From Clostridiales bacterium (GTDB lineage Bacteria > Bacillota > Clostridia > Saccharofermentanales > Saccharofermentanaceae): a DNA stretch of 64,000 nt. The notes under the pieces were generated by a model. It saw only the letters and a program-made list of their open reading frames with translations, made no database searches and was not told the origin of the DNA. How positions within the stretch are numbered: position 1 is the first letter of the stretch; each line of letters starts with the position of its first letter. Positions 1 to 9,122 of the stretch are shown here, in pieces. The stretch covers positions 21,136-85,135 of the forward strand of contig JAFWQF010000080.1 in NCBI GenBank assembly GCA_017509205.1, in the 5' to 3' direction. Made by a program: the position numbers and the translations under genes.

Positions 1-2
1 CG

Positions 3-701
3 AGATTTGCGGTTATCTACTACGAGGGCAAAAAGCAGAGCGTTGCTGACTATTCGATAATCCCTTCAGTGGTCCTTTTCGATGAGTCGGCTCTCGAGAC
101 ACTTCCTCTTTATCAGAAGAAGGCTACCGTGCTCGATGCATTCTGCCACGCGATAGAATCCTACTGGTCGGTCAACAGCAATGACGAGAGCAAGGAATAT
201 TCGAAGAAGGCCGTAAGCGGCATCCTCGAAAACCTTGACGCTTATCTTGCAAACGACAAGAAGGCAAACCGCGAGATGATGACAGCTGCGCACTTTGCAG
301 GCAAGGCGATCAACATCACACAGACGACTGCGGGCCATGCGATGTGCTACAAAATAACAAGCCTCTACGGTGCAGCCCACGGACACGCTGCAGCTCTTGT
401 CGATACGAAGCTTTTCCCGTACATGGTTGCTCATACGAATGACTGTGTGGATCCCAGGGGAGAGGATTATCTCAAGAAGACATTCGCAGAGATCGCTTCC
501 ATGCTCGGATGCTGCAGTGCGGATGAGGCATGCAAAAAGCTCCAGAGCATCTTCGATTCATTGGAACTTGTTGTGCCTGAAGCAAAAGAAGAGGATTACA
601 ATGTTCTTAAGACATCTGTAAACCCCGTAAGACTCAAGAACAATCCGGTAAAGCTGACAGAAGAGAACATCGAAGCACTTTACCGTACAATACTGAAATA
701 A
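3..701 (+). CDS. Iron-containing alcohol dehydrogenase, phosphonoacetaldehyde reductase (HEP dehydrogenase)-like; 5' truncated by the window edge
   Basis: Frame is open from position 3. Fe-ADH motifs DAFCHAIESYWS and NITQTTAGHAMCY...HGHA; directly upstream of phosphonopyruvate decarboxylase. Confidence 0.8.
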   Translation, partial: RFAVIYYEGKKQSVADYSIIPSVVLFDESALETLPLYQKKATVLDAFCHAIESYWSVNSNDESKEYSKKAVSGILENLDAYLANDKKANREMMTAAHFAGKAINITQTTAGHAMCYKITSLYGAAHGHAAALVDTKLFPYMVAHTNDCVDPRGEDYLKKTFAEIASMLGCCSADEACKKLQSIFDSLELVVPEAKEEDYNVLKTSVNPVRLKNNPVKLTEENIEALYRTILK

Positions 702-719
702 AACAAAGGATGACGGACT

Positions 720-1844
720 ATGAAAGTTGAAAGCCTGATCGAAATCTTAGGATGTGACTTCTACACGGGAGTCCCGGATTCACAGCTCAAAGCTCTCTGT
801 AACTTCATGATGAGCAAGTACGGTATCGACAGCCACCATCACATGATCGCCGCTAACGAAGGCAACTGTGTGGCTCTGGCTGCAGGTTACCACATGGCGA
901 CCGGAAAGGTTCCTGCAGTTTATATGCAGAACTCCGGCGAGGGCAACATCATCAACCCACTTGCTTCTCTCGTAAACGACAAGGTATACGCTATCCCGAT
1001 GATCTTCATCGTCGGCTGGAGAGGCGAGCCCGGCACAAAGGACGAGCCCCAGCACGTTTACCAGGGCATCGTTACACGCACGCTCCTTGATGACATGGAC
1101 GTAAAGAATTTCGTCATCACGAAGGAGACGACAGAAGATGAGCTTAAGGCCGCCATGGCTGAGTTCGCACCGATCCTTGCAGCAGGCAAGCAGGTCGCTT
1201 TCGTAGTTTCCAAGGGCGCCCTCTCATTCGACGGCAAGGTTGATTACAAGAATTCCTACAGCCTCAACCGTGAGGAAGTCGTAGGACACATCGCAAAGGC
1301 TGCAGGCGAGGATCCGATCGTTTCCACGACGGGCAAGATCTCCCGCGAGCTTTTCGAATACAGGACCAACAACGGATTAAGCCACAAGTACGATTTCCTT
1401 ACGGTAGGATCCATGGGCCACTGCTCATCGATCGCTCTGGGAATTGCGATCAACAAGCCTGATCTCAAGGTATGGTGCATCGATGGTGACGGCGCTGCGC
1501 TGATGCACATGGGTGCCATGGCTGTCGTAGGCTCCAACAAGCCTTCCAACATGATCCACGTGGTAATCAACAACGGTGCTCACGAGACCGTCGGAGGCAT
1601 GCCCACGGTTGCATCCGATCCGGCAGTTGACCTTCCCGCCGTTGCAAAGGCTTGCGGTTATCCTTACACCGCATCCGTTGACAATCTTGAAGATCTTGAC
1701 AGGGAGCTCGCTGCCGCAAAGACACGCGGAACCCTTTCACTCATAGAAGTAAAATGTCAGGTAGGAGCAAGAGAAGACTTAGGCAGGCCTACAACGACCG
1801 CGCTTGAGAACAAGAACAATTTCATGGAGTACATCAATGGTTAA
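720..1844 (+). CDS. aepY: Phosphonopyruvate decarboxylase (TPP-dependent)
   Basis: FYTGVPDSQL, AANEGNCVALAAGY, YMQNSGEGN, FLTVGSMGH and the TPP-binding IDGDGAALMHMG...NNGAH motif. Confidence 0.93.
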   Translation: MKVESLIEILGCDFYTGVPDSQLKALCNFMMSKYGIDSHHHMIAANEGNCVALAAGYHMATGKVPAVYMQNSGEGNIINPLASLVNDKVYAIPMIFIVGWRGEPGTKDEPQHVYQGIVTRTLLDDMDVKNFVITKETTEDELKAAMAEFAPILAAGKQVAFVVSKGALSFDGKVDYKNSYSLNREEVVGHIAKAAGEDPIVSTTGKISRELFEYRTNNGLSHKYDFLTVGSMGHCSSIALGIAINKPDLKVWCIDGDGAALMHMGAMAVVGSNKPSNMIHVVINNGAHETVGGMPTVASDPAVDLPAVAKACGYPYTASVDNLEDLDRELAAAKTRGTLSLIEVKCQVGAREDLGRPTTTALENKNNFMEYING

Positions 1845-3138
1845 TCTCAATCTTTACATCGACCCGGGCACGGGTTCCATGCTTTTCACGGTACTTATCG
1901 GTGTTTTGAGCGCCGCTGTTTACGGAGCAAGGACTCTGTTCATCAGACTCCGCACGGGCGCAGGCAGAAAGGCTGACAAGAACAAGATCCCTCTCGTTAT
2001 CTATTCAGACAACAAGAGATACTGGAACACGTTTGAGCCCATCTGCGACGAGCTCGAAAAGCGCGGCCAGGACGCAGTCTTCATGACGGCTTCTCCTGAC
2101 GACCCGGCTCTTAAGAAAGAGTACAAGCACATCAAGACCGAGTTCATCGGCGAGGGCAACAAGTCCTTCACGAGACTCAACATGCTCAACGCAAGGCTCG
2201 TATTCTGCACGACACCGGGCCTCGACGTTCTCCAGTGGAAGAGATCGAGATCAGTTGAGTACTACACTCACATCATGCACGCTCCGAGAGATGCCGCATC
2301 CTACAGAATGTTCGAGCTCGACTACTTTGACTCGATCCTTTTCTCAGGCCAGGTACAGATCGACCAGATCAGGGAGCTTGAGGAACTGAGAGGACTCCCT
2401 GCAAAGGAACTCACACTCGTCGGCATCCCTTACATGGATGAGATGATGAAGCGCGCACAGGCTCTGCCTCCCGCACCCAAGACAGACAAGACAACAGTAC
2501 TCCTTGCACCTTCATGGGGTAAGTCATCGCTCCTCGTTAAGTACGGTTCCAATTTCATCAAGAACCTCTTAAAGACAGGCTATCACGTAATCATCAGACC
2601 TCACCCGCAGTCATTCACTGCAGATAAGGACGTAATCGAGAAGCTTATGGCTGAGTATCCGAACAGCGATGATCTCGAGTGGAACAGAGACAACGACAAC
2701 TTCGATGTTCTCAACCGTTCAGACATCATGATCTCCGACTTCTCAGGCGTCATGCTCGACTTCGCTTTCATCTTCAATAAGCCCGTCATTTATGCAGACA
2801 TCAATTTCGACAAGGGTCAGTACGACTACTACTTCCTCAAGGAAGAACCCTGGTCACTCACCATGCTCCCCAAGATCGGCATGGCTCTCACAATGGAGAA
2901 CGTTGAGAACGTTAAGGATCTCATTGAAGAGTGCCTTACGAACCCTAAGTTCAAGGAAACACGTGAGCAGGCAAGAGACGAGATCTGGCAGCACAGAGGC
3001 GAAGGCGCCGTACGCGTTGCTGATTATCTCTGCAACAAGCTCAAGGAACTTGAGGCTAAGGAAGCTGAAGAGATAAAGGCTGCCGAGTCCAAGGGCAAGA
3101 AGAAAAAGGCAAAAGTCGAGGCTGGGGCTAAGGCCTGA
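1837..3138 (+). CDS. CDP-glycerol:glycerophosphate transferase (TagF/TagB)-like protein with N-terminal membrane anchor
   Basis: Start moved to ATG 1837 (RBS GGAG, overlaps aepY stop). LLAPSWG, IIRPHP and SDIMISDFSGVMLDFAF...KPVI motifs; N-terminal YIDPGTGSMLF plus a hydrophobic helix. Confidence 0.75.
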   Translation: MVNLNLYIDPGTGSMLFTVLIGVLSAAVYGARTLFIRLRTGAGRKADKNKIPLVIYSDNKRYWNTFEPICDELEKRGQDAVFMTASPDDPALKKEYKHIKTEFIGEGNKSFTRLNMLNARLVFCTTPGLDVLQWKRSRSVEYYTHIMHAPRDAASYRMFELDYFDSILFSGQVQIDQIRELEELRGLPAKELTLVGIPYMDEMMKRAQALPPAPKTDKTTVLLAPSWGKSSLLVKYGSNFIKNLLKTGYHVIIRPHPQSFTADKDVIEKLMAEYPNSDDLEWNRDNDNFDVLNRSDIMISDFSGVMLDFAFIFNKPVIYADINFDKGQYDYYFLKEEPWSLTMLPKIGMALTMENVENVKDLIEECLTNPKFKETREQARDEIWQHRGEGAVRVADYLCNKLKELEAKEAEEIKAAESKGKKKKAKVEAGAKA

Positions 3139-3158
3139 GTCAGTTCCCGGGTTTCCAG

Positions 3159-3905
3159 ATGACAGATAAAAATGCACCTGTAACAAGAAAGCAGAGGGTC
3201 CTTGGAGTGATCCTCTGCATTCTCATTTTCGCCGTAGTAGGAGTGATCTCATATTTCATATGCAAGCCGATGCTCGAAATGAGCAAGGATCCGGCTGCTT
3301 TCCGAGCTTACATTGACGAGCAGGGAATAAAGGGCATCGCAATGCTTATGGCGGCCATGTTCCTGCAGGTCGTTGCGGCCGTCATTCCCGGCGGACCTTT
3401 TGAGATCGCCGCAGGATATGCTTTCGGTGTCTGGAAGGGCGCTCTCATCGCGGATGTAGCGATGACGCTGGGCAGCCTTTTCGTATTCCTTATGGTAAGA
3501 AGATTCGGCACAAAATTCGCCTGTCTGTTCGTCTCAAAAGAGAAACTCGATTCCGTTAAGTTCTTCCATTCTTCGGCAAGAAGAGACCTTCTGGCATTCG
3601 TATTCTTCCTGATACCGGGCACCCCGAAGGACATCTTCACGTATGTCATGGGCTTCACCGACATGAAGATCCCGATGTGGATATTCATCACTTTCGTGGG
3701 CAGATTCCCTGCGATCCTTCTTTCCGCGATGAGCGGCGATGCGATCGGCGAGAAGAAGTACACCACGTTCATCATCATGATCATCCTCATTGTCGTCGTC
3801 TGCATCGCAGGCAGCATCTTCTATGCCATCTGGAAAAAGAAGCACGACGAGAAGGAAGCAGCTGAAAAAGCCGCTGCCGGAGCTGATACCGAGGACAATA
3901 CCTGA
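3159..3905 (+). CDS. TVP38/TMEM64 (VTT/DedA superfamily) membrane protein
   Basis: Several TM helices; IPGGPFEIAAGYAFG and FLIPGTPKD...GRFP motifs. Confidence 0.85.
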   Translation: MTDKNAPVTRKQRVLGVILCILIFAVVGVISYFICKPMLEMSKDPAAFRAYIDEQGIKGIAMLMAAMFLQVVAAVIPGGPFEIAAGYAFGVWKGALIADVAMTLGSLFVFLMVRRFGTKFACLFVSKEKLDSVKFFHSSARRDLLAFVFFLIPGTPKDIFTYVMGFTDMKIPMWIFITFVGRFPAILLSAMSGDAIGEKKYTTFIIMIILIVVVCIAGSIFYAIWKKKHDEKEAAEKAAAGADTEDNT

Positions 3906-3910
3906 ATAAG

Positions 3911-4103
3911 TCTCTGTTATCTCCTCTCTTTTTGCTCAAACAGAGGAGCTTACAGGTAATTTTCCGTTATTTTGCCGCTGAGTACCTGTTACCTCCTCTC
4001 TTTTTGTTCAAATAGAGGAGCTTGCAGGTACTTTGTTGCTATTTTGCCGCTGAGTATCTGTTATCTCCTCTCTTTTGCATGAAACAGAGGAGCTTACAGG
4101 TAC
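3911..4103. repeat. Intergenic palindromic repeat, 3 copies, 72-bp period (locus A)
   Basis: CTGTTA(T/C)CTCCTCTC starts at 3914, 3986 and 4058. Unit is a hairpin GTACCTG..CTCCTCT-TTTT-loop-AAA-AGAGGAG..CAGGTA. Confidence 0.9.
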
Positions 4104-4195
4104 TTTATTGCGCGGTTTTCTTGTATAGCGCACAGAGCGGTAAATGAGTTATCCTATAAAAAAGAGACACCTCTGACCACACGGGAGGCATTCAT

Positions 4196-4795
4196 ATGGA
4201 CGCGAAGACATCAAAGATCATAAGCATCGGCAGATCTTTCGGCGCAGGCGGAAAGACCATCGGAAAGATGGTTGCTGAAGCGCTGAACATTCCCTATTAC
4301 GATTCAGAACTTTTAAAAGAGACCGCGAAGAACTGCGGTCTTTCAGAAAAATATCTCGCGAGCGTGGACGAGAAGGACATCACTGATGCGGCACTCTACA
4401 TGTCGGTCGGCTTCATGACTCCCACTTATACGTCAGTACGCCAGATAGCGGCAAATGCCCAGAGAGAGGTAATCCAGAAGATAGCTGAAGAAGGCCCCTG
4501 CGTCATCGTCGGGCGTCGCGCAAATGAGATTTTAAAAGACAGGAAGAACCTTGTAAGCGTATTTGTAACGGCCTCAGTCGAATACAGGACAAAGAGGATC
4601 ATGGAGCGCGAAGGCATAGATGAGAAGGCTGCGCGCAAGAAAGTTTTAAGAGCTGACAAGGAAAGAGCCGCATACTACAACCAGTTCGGCGGAGACAGCT
4701 GGGGATACGCCTCAACTTACGATCTCTGCATAAACACCGAGACCTTCGGAGATGAGAAGGCTGCCGAACTGATAGTGAAACTCGTTACAAACTGA
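4196..4795 (+). CDS. Cytidylate kinase-like family protein
   Basis: IISIGRSFGAGGKTIG P-loop variant, CVIVGR, YDLCINT. Confidence 0.85.
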   Translation: MDAKTSKIISIGRSFGAGGKTIGKMVAEALNIPYYDSELLKETAKNCGLSEKYLASVDEKDITDAALYMSVGFMTPTYTSVRQIAANAQREVIQKIAEEGPCVIVGRRANEILKDRKNLVSVFVTASVEYRTKRIMEREGIDEKAARKKVLRADKERAAYYNQFGGDSWGYASTYDLCINTETFGDEKAAELIVKLVTN

Positions 4796-4797
4796 GA

Positions 4798-6600
4798 TTA
4801 TTTGCTGATGAAATCCTTGAGGGCGTCGTTTCTCATGACGCTTCCCAAGAACTTGCCCTGGAACGCATCGCAGCCATAGCCTGAAAGTATCTCGAACTGA
4901 ATTTCCTCGCCAACGCCTGTGGCACAGACCCTGATATCAGTGTCGTGCATGAGGTCTATTGCTGATGCGGTGAGGATCCTGACGTCTGAATTGTTTGCGA
5001 GGTCCGATGTGAAATTGCCGTCGAGCTTGAGTACTGATACCGGCAGGAGCGGAATGGCATTGAATGAAGAATATCCGCGGCCAAAGTTGTCGAGTGCAAT
5101 CCTTACGCCTGTTCCGGCAAGCTCCTCGATGACGGAACGGATGCCTGAAAGCTCCGTGATAAGGCTCTCTTCGGGAAGATCCAGGATTATGTTCTTTATA
5201 TCGCAGTCAGATGCGGCAACGGTGCTCATGAACGAACGCACGAAGTTCTCTTCCTTGAGCTGGTTTGCGGAAATGTTGACTGACATGGTGAGCTTGGGAT
5301 TGATCTTGTTGATCTCCGATAATGTGTTCAGCGATTCGAGCATGGAGAACTTTCCGATGCGGCGCATGTAGCCGGTGTTCTCTGCAGCGGCGATGAAGAC
5401 CTGTGGACTTACGAAGACATCGTCCTTCTCGAATCTCATGAATGCCTCAAAGCCCAGAAGCTCGCGCTCTGAAGAATAGCAGGGCTGGTAGACCATGTAG
5501 ATGTCGCCGTTCCTGATCGCGTTGTCGAAAACGGCGGTGATGTCATCCTTTGTCATTCCGTCGAAGATATTGTCGCCGCTCAGCATCTGCTCGGACTTTG
5601 AAGAAGGTGTGCCGATCATGGCTTCTTCGGCTTTGGTTATGAGCTCACTCGCGTTCCTTGAATCCTGCGGATACATTGCAAAACCGTAGGAGATATTTAC
5701 GTTCATGGAATCCGAACCTGCTTCAAATGCCCTTGAAGCTTCTCTCGTGAGCTTGTCGGCGTATTTGTTGAGGTCCTTGAGCGGAAGCTTTCTTCTCTCA
5801 AGGATCAGGAAGTCGGAATCGACGATCCTTGCAACCATGTCTGAAGGGTCTGCCGCTTCGCGGATCTTGTGGGCCATGTTCTGGATGAAGAGATCCATTG
5901 AATTGTGGCCGATCCTTCGGGTTATCATCTCTGAATTGTCGAGTGCGAGATAGATCACGGTGAACGGACTGCATTCGCTGTCAGGAACCCTGGATTCACG
6001 CTGCGCATTGATGTCGTCGGCAATGAGACGCGAGATCCTTTCGGTGATCATGTCCCTGCTGGGGAGAGTGGTAAGAGGGTCGAGCGAGGATGCGATGTTG
6101 CGTCCGATAGCTTCCGTTACCTCAGTGCTCGAGCCTGATCTTTCGTGGCTTACGATAAGGCTCGTACGCTTGAACATTTCCTCTTCGAGTTCCTTGTTGA
6201 TTCGCCTGCCGCGCTCTTCACGCTGCTCCTTGGCGATCCTCGTGATCTTGGCAGCGACGCGCGTGATGTAATACTGCATGAGCAGGTTGACCATCATGGT
6301 GGTGAAAGCCATAGCTGCGAGGAAAGCGGCATTCTGGTTGCCGAACTTTAAGTACTCATACGTGTGGATGAGACACTGCATGAAGTTGAGAACGAAGGAA
6401 ATGTAGAAACCGAGTTTTCCGAGGAAAACATTCAGCATGAAGGAAAGCAGCATGAGGGATACGCCGATGAAGAATTTCGTTATCGTGCTGACCATCAGCT
6501 GGAGTGCGCACAGAGACAGGAAAAGGAACACGCCCGCGATAAGCACGGTCATGTAAGATGCGCCGGATTTGAAAAAGATCCTGTCTGTTTTTCTATCCAT
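4798..6600 (-). CDS. Membrane-anchored GGDEF-EAL protein, both domains degenerate
   Basis: N-terminal TM segments; DPLTTLPSR; VDSDF in place of GGDEF; EAF, DNFGRGYSS and ATGVG in the EAL domain. Confidence 0.85.
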   Translation of the reverse strand: MDRKTDRIFFKSGASYMTVLIAGVFLFLSLCALQLMVSTITKFFIGVSLMLLSFMLNVFLGKLGFYISFVLNFMQCLIHTYEYLKFGNQNAAFLAAMAFTTMMVNLLMQYYITRVAAKITRIAKEQREERGRRINKELEEEMFKRTSLIVSHERSGSSTEVTEAIGRNIASSLDPLTTLPSRDMITERISRLIADDINAQRESRVPDSECSPFTVIYLALDNSEMITRRIGHNSMDLFIQNMAHKIREAADPSDMVARIVDSDFLILERRKLPLKDLNKYADKLTREASRAFEAGSDSMNVNISYGFAMYPQDSRNASELITKAEEAMIGTPSSKSEQMLSGDNIFDGMTKDDITAVFDNAIRNGDIYMVYQPCYSSERELLGFEAFMRFEKDDVFVSPQVFIAAAENTGYMRRIGKFSMLESLNTLSEINKINPKLTMSVNISANQLKEENFVRSFMSTVAASDCDIKNIILDLPEESLITELSGIRSVIEELAGTGVRIALDNFGRGYSSFNAIPLLPVSVLKLDGNFTSDLANNSDVRILTASAIDLMHDTDIRVCATGVGEEIQFEILSGYGCDAFQGKFLGSVMRNDALKDFISK

Positions 6601-6664
6601 AAAAATATTATGCAGGGAACAGTGCTAATTATGTATTAAATATAAGTTAAATTTCTGGGACATT

Positions 6665-7279
6665 CTACGCGTCGGCAGCGCCGTCATCGGGTTCTTCGTC
6701 ACCGTCTTCGTATTCTCCCTCATCGAAATCACCGTCATCTTCATCAGGATCGACATTTTCCGCAGGAGCTGCGGGAGTAGGAAGATCAGCAGGCCTGGGG
6801 CTGATCTTAAAGCCGGAAAGATCGACTGAGGGTTTCTCGTTTTTCAGCGTCAGTGTCCATGAAGCCATGACATATCCTTTGTTGTCGGTGTCACAGAGGA
6901 CCATCGTGTATTCACCGTCTTCAAAGCCTGCGTAAGCGATCTTGAAAACATAATCCTCGTTTCCGGAATCGCGGTCTTCGAAATATGAGTAAGCTATTCC
7001 GGCATCATCGGCATCATCTTCGAGGACATAGTTTCCTTTTTCGCAGATGCCGAGCCAGGAATCCTCAGTTAAAGGAATGCTCTTATCGAGAGTGAAGATC
7101 AGTTCACCGTCTTCTTCTTTGTAACTGATAAGTTTTGCGTCCTTGCTGTCAGCAGCTTTGCCTGCAGGAACGGACACGTTGTTTCCAGCGCTGCCGTTGC
7201 CGTCAGGAGCCTTGCTGCCGCAAGCTGCAAACGACAGGGCCATAGCAAGAACCATAGTTAAAGACAGTATCTTCTTCAT
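6665..7279 (-). CDS. Hypothetical lipoprotein with acidic C-terminal tail
   Basis: Start moved to MKKILS (7279); lipobox SFAAC; Asp/Glu-rich tail. Confidence 0.7.
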   Translation of the reverse strand: MKKILSLTMVLAMALSFAACGSKAPDGNGSAGNNVSVPAGKAADSKDAKLISYKEEDGELIFTLDKSIPLTEDSWLGICEKGNYVLEDDADDAGIAYSYFEDRDSGNEDYVFKIAYAGFEDGEYTMVLCDTDNKGYVMASWTLTLKNEKPSVDLSGFKISPRPADLPTPAAPAENVDPDEDDGDFDEGEYEDGDEEPDDGAADA

Positions 7280-7353
7280 GATAAGCACGATTTTAACATC
7301 TATTTTTATAATTGTTGATATAATTGTTTTCGTAGCTAAAGTTTTGAAATGGC

Positions 7354-7381
7354 TGCAACATTATTGTCCGCTCATCTGTAT
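7354..7381 (+). promoter_or_regulatory. Putative ECF-sigma promoter (autoregulatory copy) TGCAAC-N16-CTGTAT
   Basis: Same motif and spacing at 10228 and 29499; TGCAAC resembles Firmicute ECF -35 elements. Confidence 0.65.
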
Positions 7382-7414
7382 TAAGGGCAGAAGCGGAAGA
7401 AAACGGGAGATGTT

Positions 7415-8077
7415 ATGGCATTCGGTTTATCGTTAAGATTTCCGCTTTGGACCTTTTTCTCTGCGCTGTTTGCGCAGGGCAGAAGCGACGGAAATACAGA
7501 CATAAGACCGGGTTCGGCAGCCGGTGAAGGCGAAGAGACCTTCGAAGGACCGGTTCAGTCCCGCGGCAACATGTCGCAGGATGAGATCGCCGCAATGGCG
7601 GAGGAAGTGCTGAACACAATGGGAGACGCGATCTTAAGGCTCGCTTTCTCCTATCTGCATAACAGGGAGGATGCCGAAGACATCCTTCAGGAGACGATGA
7701 TAAAGCTCGTCACCCAGACTCCGGTCTTCGAGAATGAGAAACACCGAAAGGCGTGGCTCATGACGGTTGCAGCGAACCTGTCGAAAAACAGGATCGAATA
7801 CAACAAGGTACGTGACACCGCGGAGCTCAACGAAGAGCTTGCCGGTGCAGAGGAAGAAGACAGGAATGTGAGCGATGACCTGTCTGCAATATGGAAAGCT
7901 GTCGAGCAGCTGCCCGTAAACCAGCGTGAAGCCATCCACCTGTTCTATCAGGAAGGATACAAGACCGCTGAGATCGCCGAGATCACGGGCCGTGCGGAGG
8001 CAACGGTGCGTTCCGACTTAAAGCGCGGACGCGACAAGCTCAAATCTATACTGAAGGAGGCAGACGACTTTGAGTAA
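7415..8077 (+). CDS. ECF RNA polymerase sigma-70 factor
   Basis: Region 2 DAEDILQETMIKL...WLMTVAAN; region 4 LPVNQREAIHLFY...EIAEITGRAEATVRSDLKRGR. True start may be 7571. Confidence 0.92.
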   Translation: MAFGLSLRFPLWTFFSALFAQGRSDGNTDIRPGSAAGEGEETFEGPVQSRGNMSQDEIAAMAEEVLNTMGDAILRLAFSYLHNREDAEDILQETMIKLVTQTPVFENEKHRKAWLMTVAANLSKNRIEYNKVRDTAELNEELAGAEEEDRNVSDDLSAIWKAVEQLPVNQREAIHLFYQEGYKTAEIAEITGRAEATVRSDLKRGRDKLKSILKEADDFE

Positions 8078-9029
8078 GTATAACGACTTCATGAGTCACG
8101 TCAGAGTTGACGACGAGATGCATCGCCGTATCATGGACGCTGTCTCCGAGGCTATCAAAGAGAATGCCGGTTCCAAGAATGAAACCGTGAATATCAAAGC
8201 TGAAGTTCAGCCTCTGAACAGCAATGCCAAGACCACTGCCGCAAAACCTGCGCGCAGATCGGTGATCCCGCTGATTAGAGGACTTTCGATCGCAGCCGCA
8301 GCCGTTCTCGTTGTGGGCGGAGCGATAATGCTGGCTTCAAGATCCGGCGGAACAAAGACCGCCTCAACACAGAGGAATAACTATGAAGCAGCCTTGGAAA
8401 CAACAGCGGCGGAGCAGATTGACGGCGTATGGGGCATAACCTCAGGCAACTCTTATAACGCGGATAAAAATAAGAAAACTGCGGGAGATGCCGAAACCGG
8501 CGGCAAGAAATCGTTAACTGGAAATATGGGAATAAAAGGCACCACGGCCGCAACGGTCGCAGGCGGTGTCGATTCAGATATTCCCCGTGCTGAAAACAAA
8601 GAAGAAGACGAAGGTGTCAGGGCGGCAAGTCCTTCGGAAGAGGCAGATACAAAAGATGCCAATGGAGACATCAGGGATTCTCTACCTTTCAAGGTCAAGT
8701 CTGTCGAAACCGGGGCATTTACCACGGATATCTCAATGACGGTCTATACCGGCACGAACGGTGAGAAGGCGGTCCTCTTAACCGCTAAAGAAGGCACTGA
8801 CATCGTGAAGGCATACTATCCTGATTTCGAGGGAATCCCCGCATCGCTCCAGACTGAAGGCGGACAGGAATTCAAGGCTATCGACACGTTCGCAGGAAGA
8901 AATGTTCTTGTGAAAAATGCCGGACCTTTCGATGCCGTGACATGGACTAAGAACGGGACAACATACATGCTGGAGTTTAACAGCAAAACCGATGCCCATG
9001 TCTTCATTTCCATCATGGACAAGATCTGA
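8070..9029 (+). CDS. Putative anti-sigma factor (single TM, extracytoplasmic C-terminal domain)
   Basis: Overlaps the sigma stop; one TM (GLSIAAAAVLVVGGAIML); long low-complexity linker; C-terminal WTKNGTTYML segment reminiscent of DUF4367. Confidence 0.7.
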   Translation: MSKYNDFMSHVRVDDEMHRRIMDAVSEAIKENAGSKNETVNIKAEVQPLNSNAKTTAAKPARRSVIPLIRGLSIAAAAVLVVGGAIMLASRSGGTKTASTQRNNYEAALETTAAEQIDGVWGITSGNSYNADKNKKTAGDAETGGKKSLTGNMGIKGTTAATVAGGVDSDIPRAENKEEDEGVRAASPSEEADTKDANGDIRDSLPFKVKSVETGAFTTDISMTVYTGTNGEKAVLLTAKEGTDIVKAYYPDFEGIPASLQTEGGQEFKAIDTFAGRNVLVKNAGPFDAVTWTKNGTTYMLEFNSKTDAHVFISIMDKI

Positions 9030-9122
9030 ACTTTATTAGAAAAAAATCTGCCCTTATAGTGTATAATCTGCTTAATACTAGTCGGGTGCCAGCCGGCTCC
9101 CGGAGAAAGGCAGAGTAATAGT

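Noticed and set aside
3911-4103. CRISPR array (also 27613-27796 and 50634-50755)
   Set aside because: The segments between hairpins are near-identical within each locus rather than unique spacers, there are only 2-3 units, and no cas genes are present.
9068-9120. c-di-GMP riboswitch in the GC-rich leader of the zinc-ribbon gene
   Set aside because: Lacks class I and class II consensus elements and is too short.
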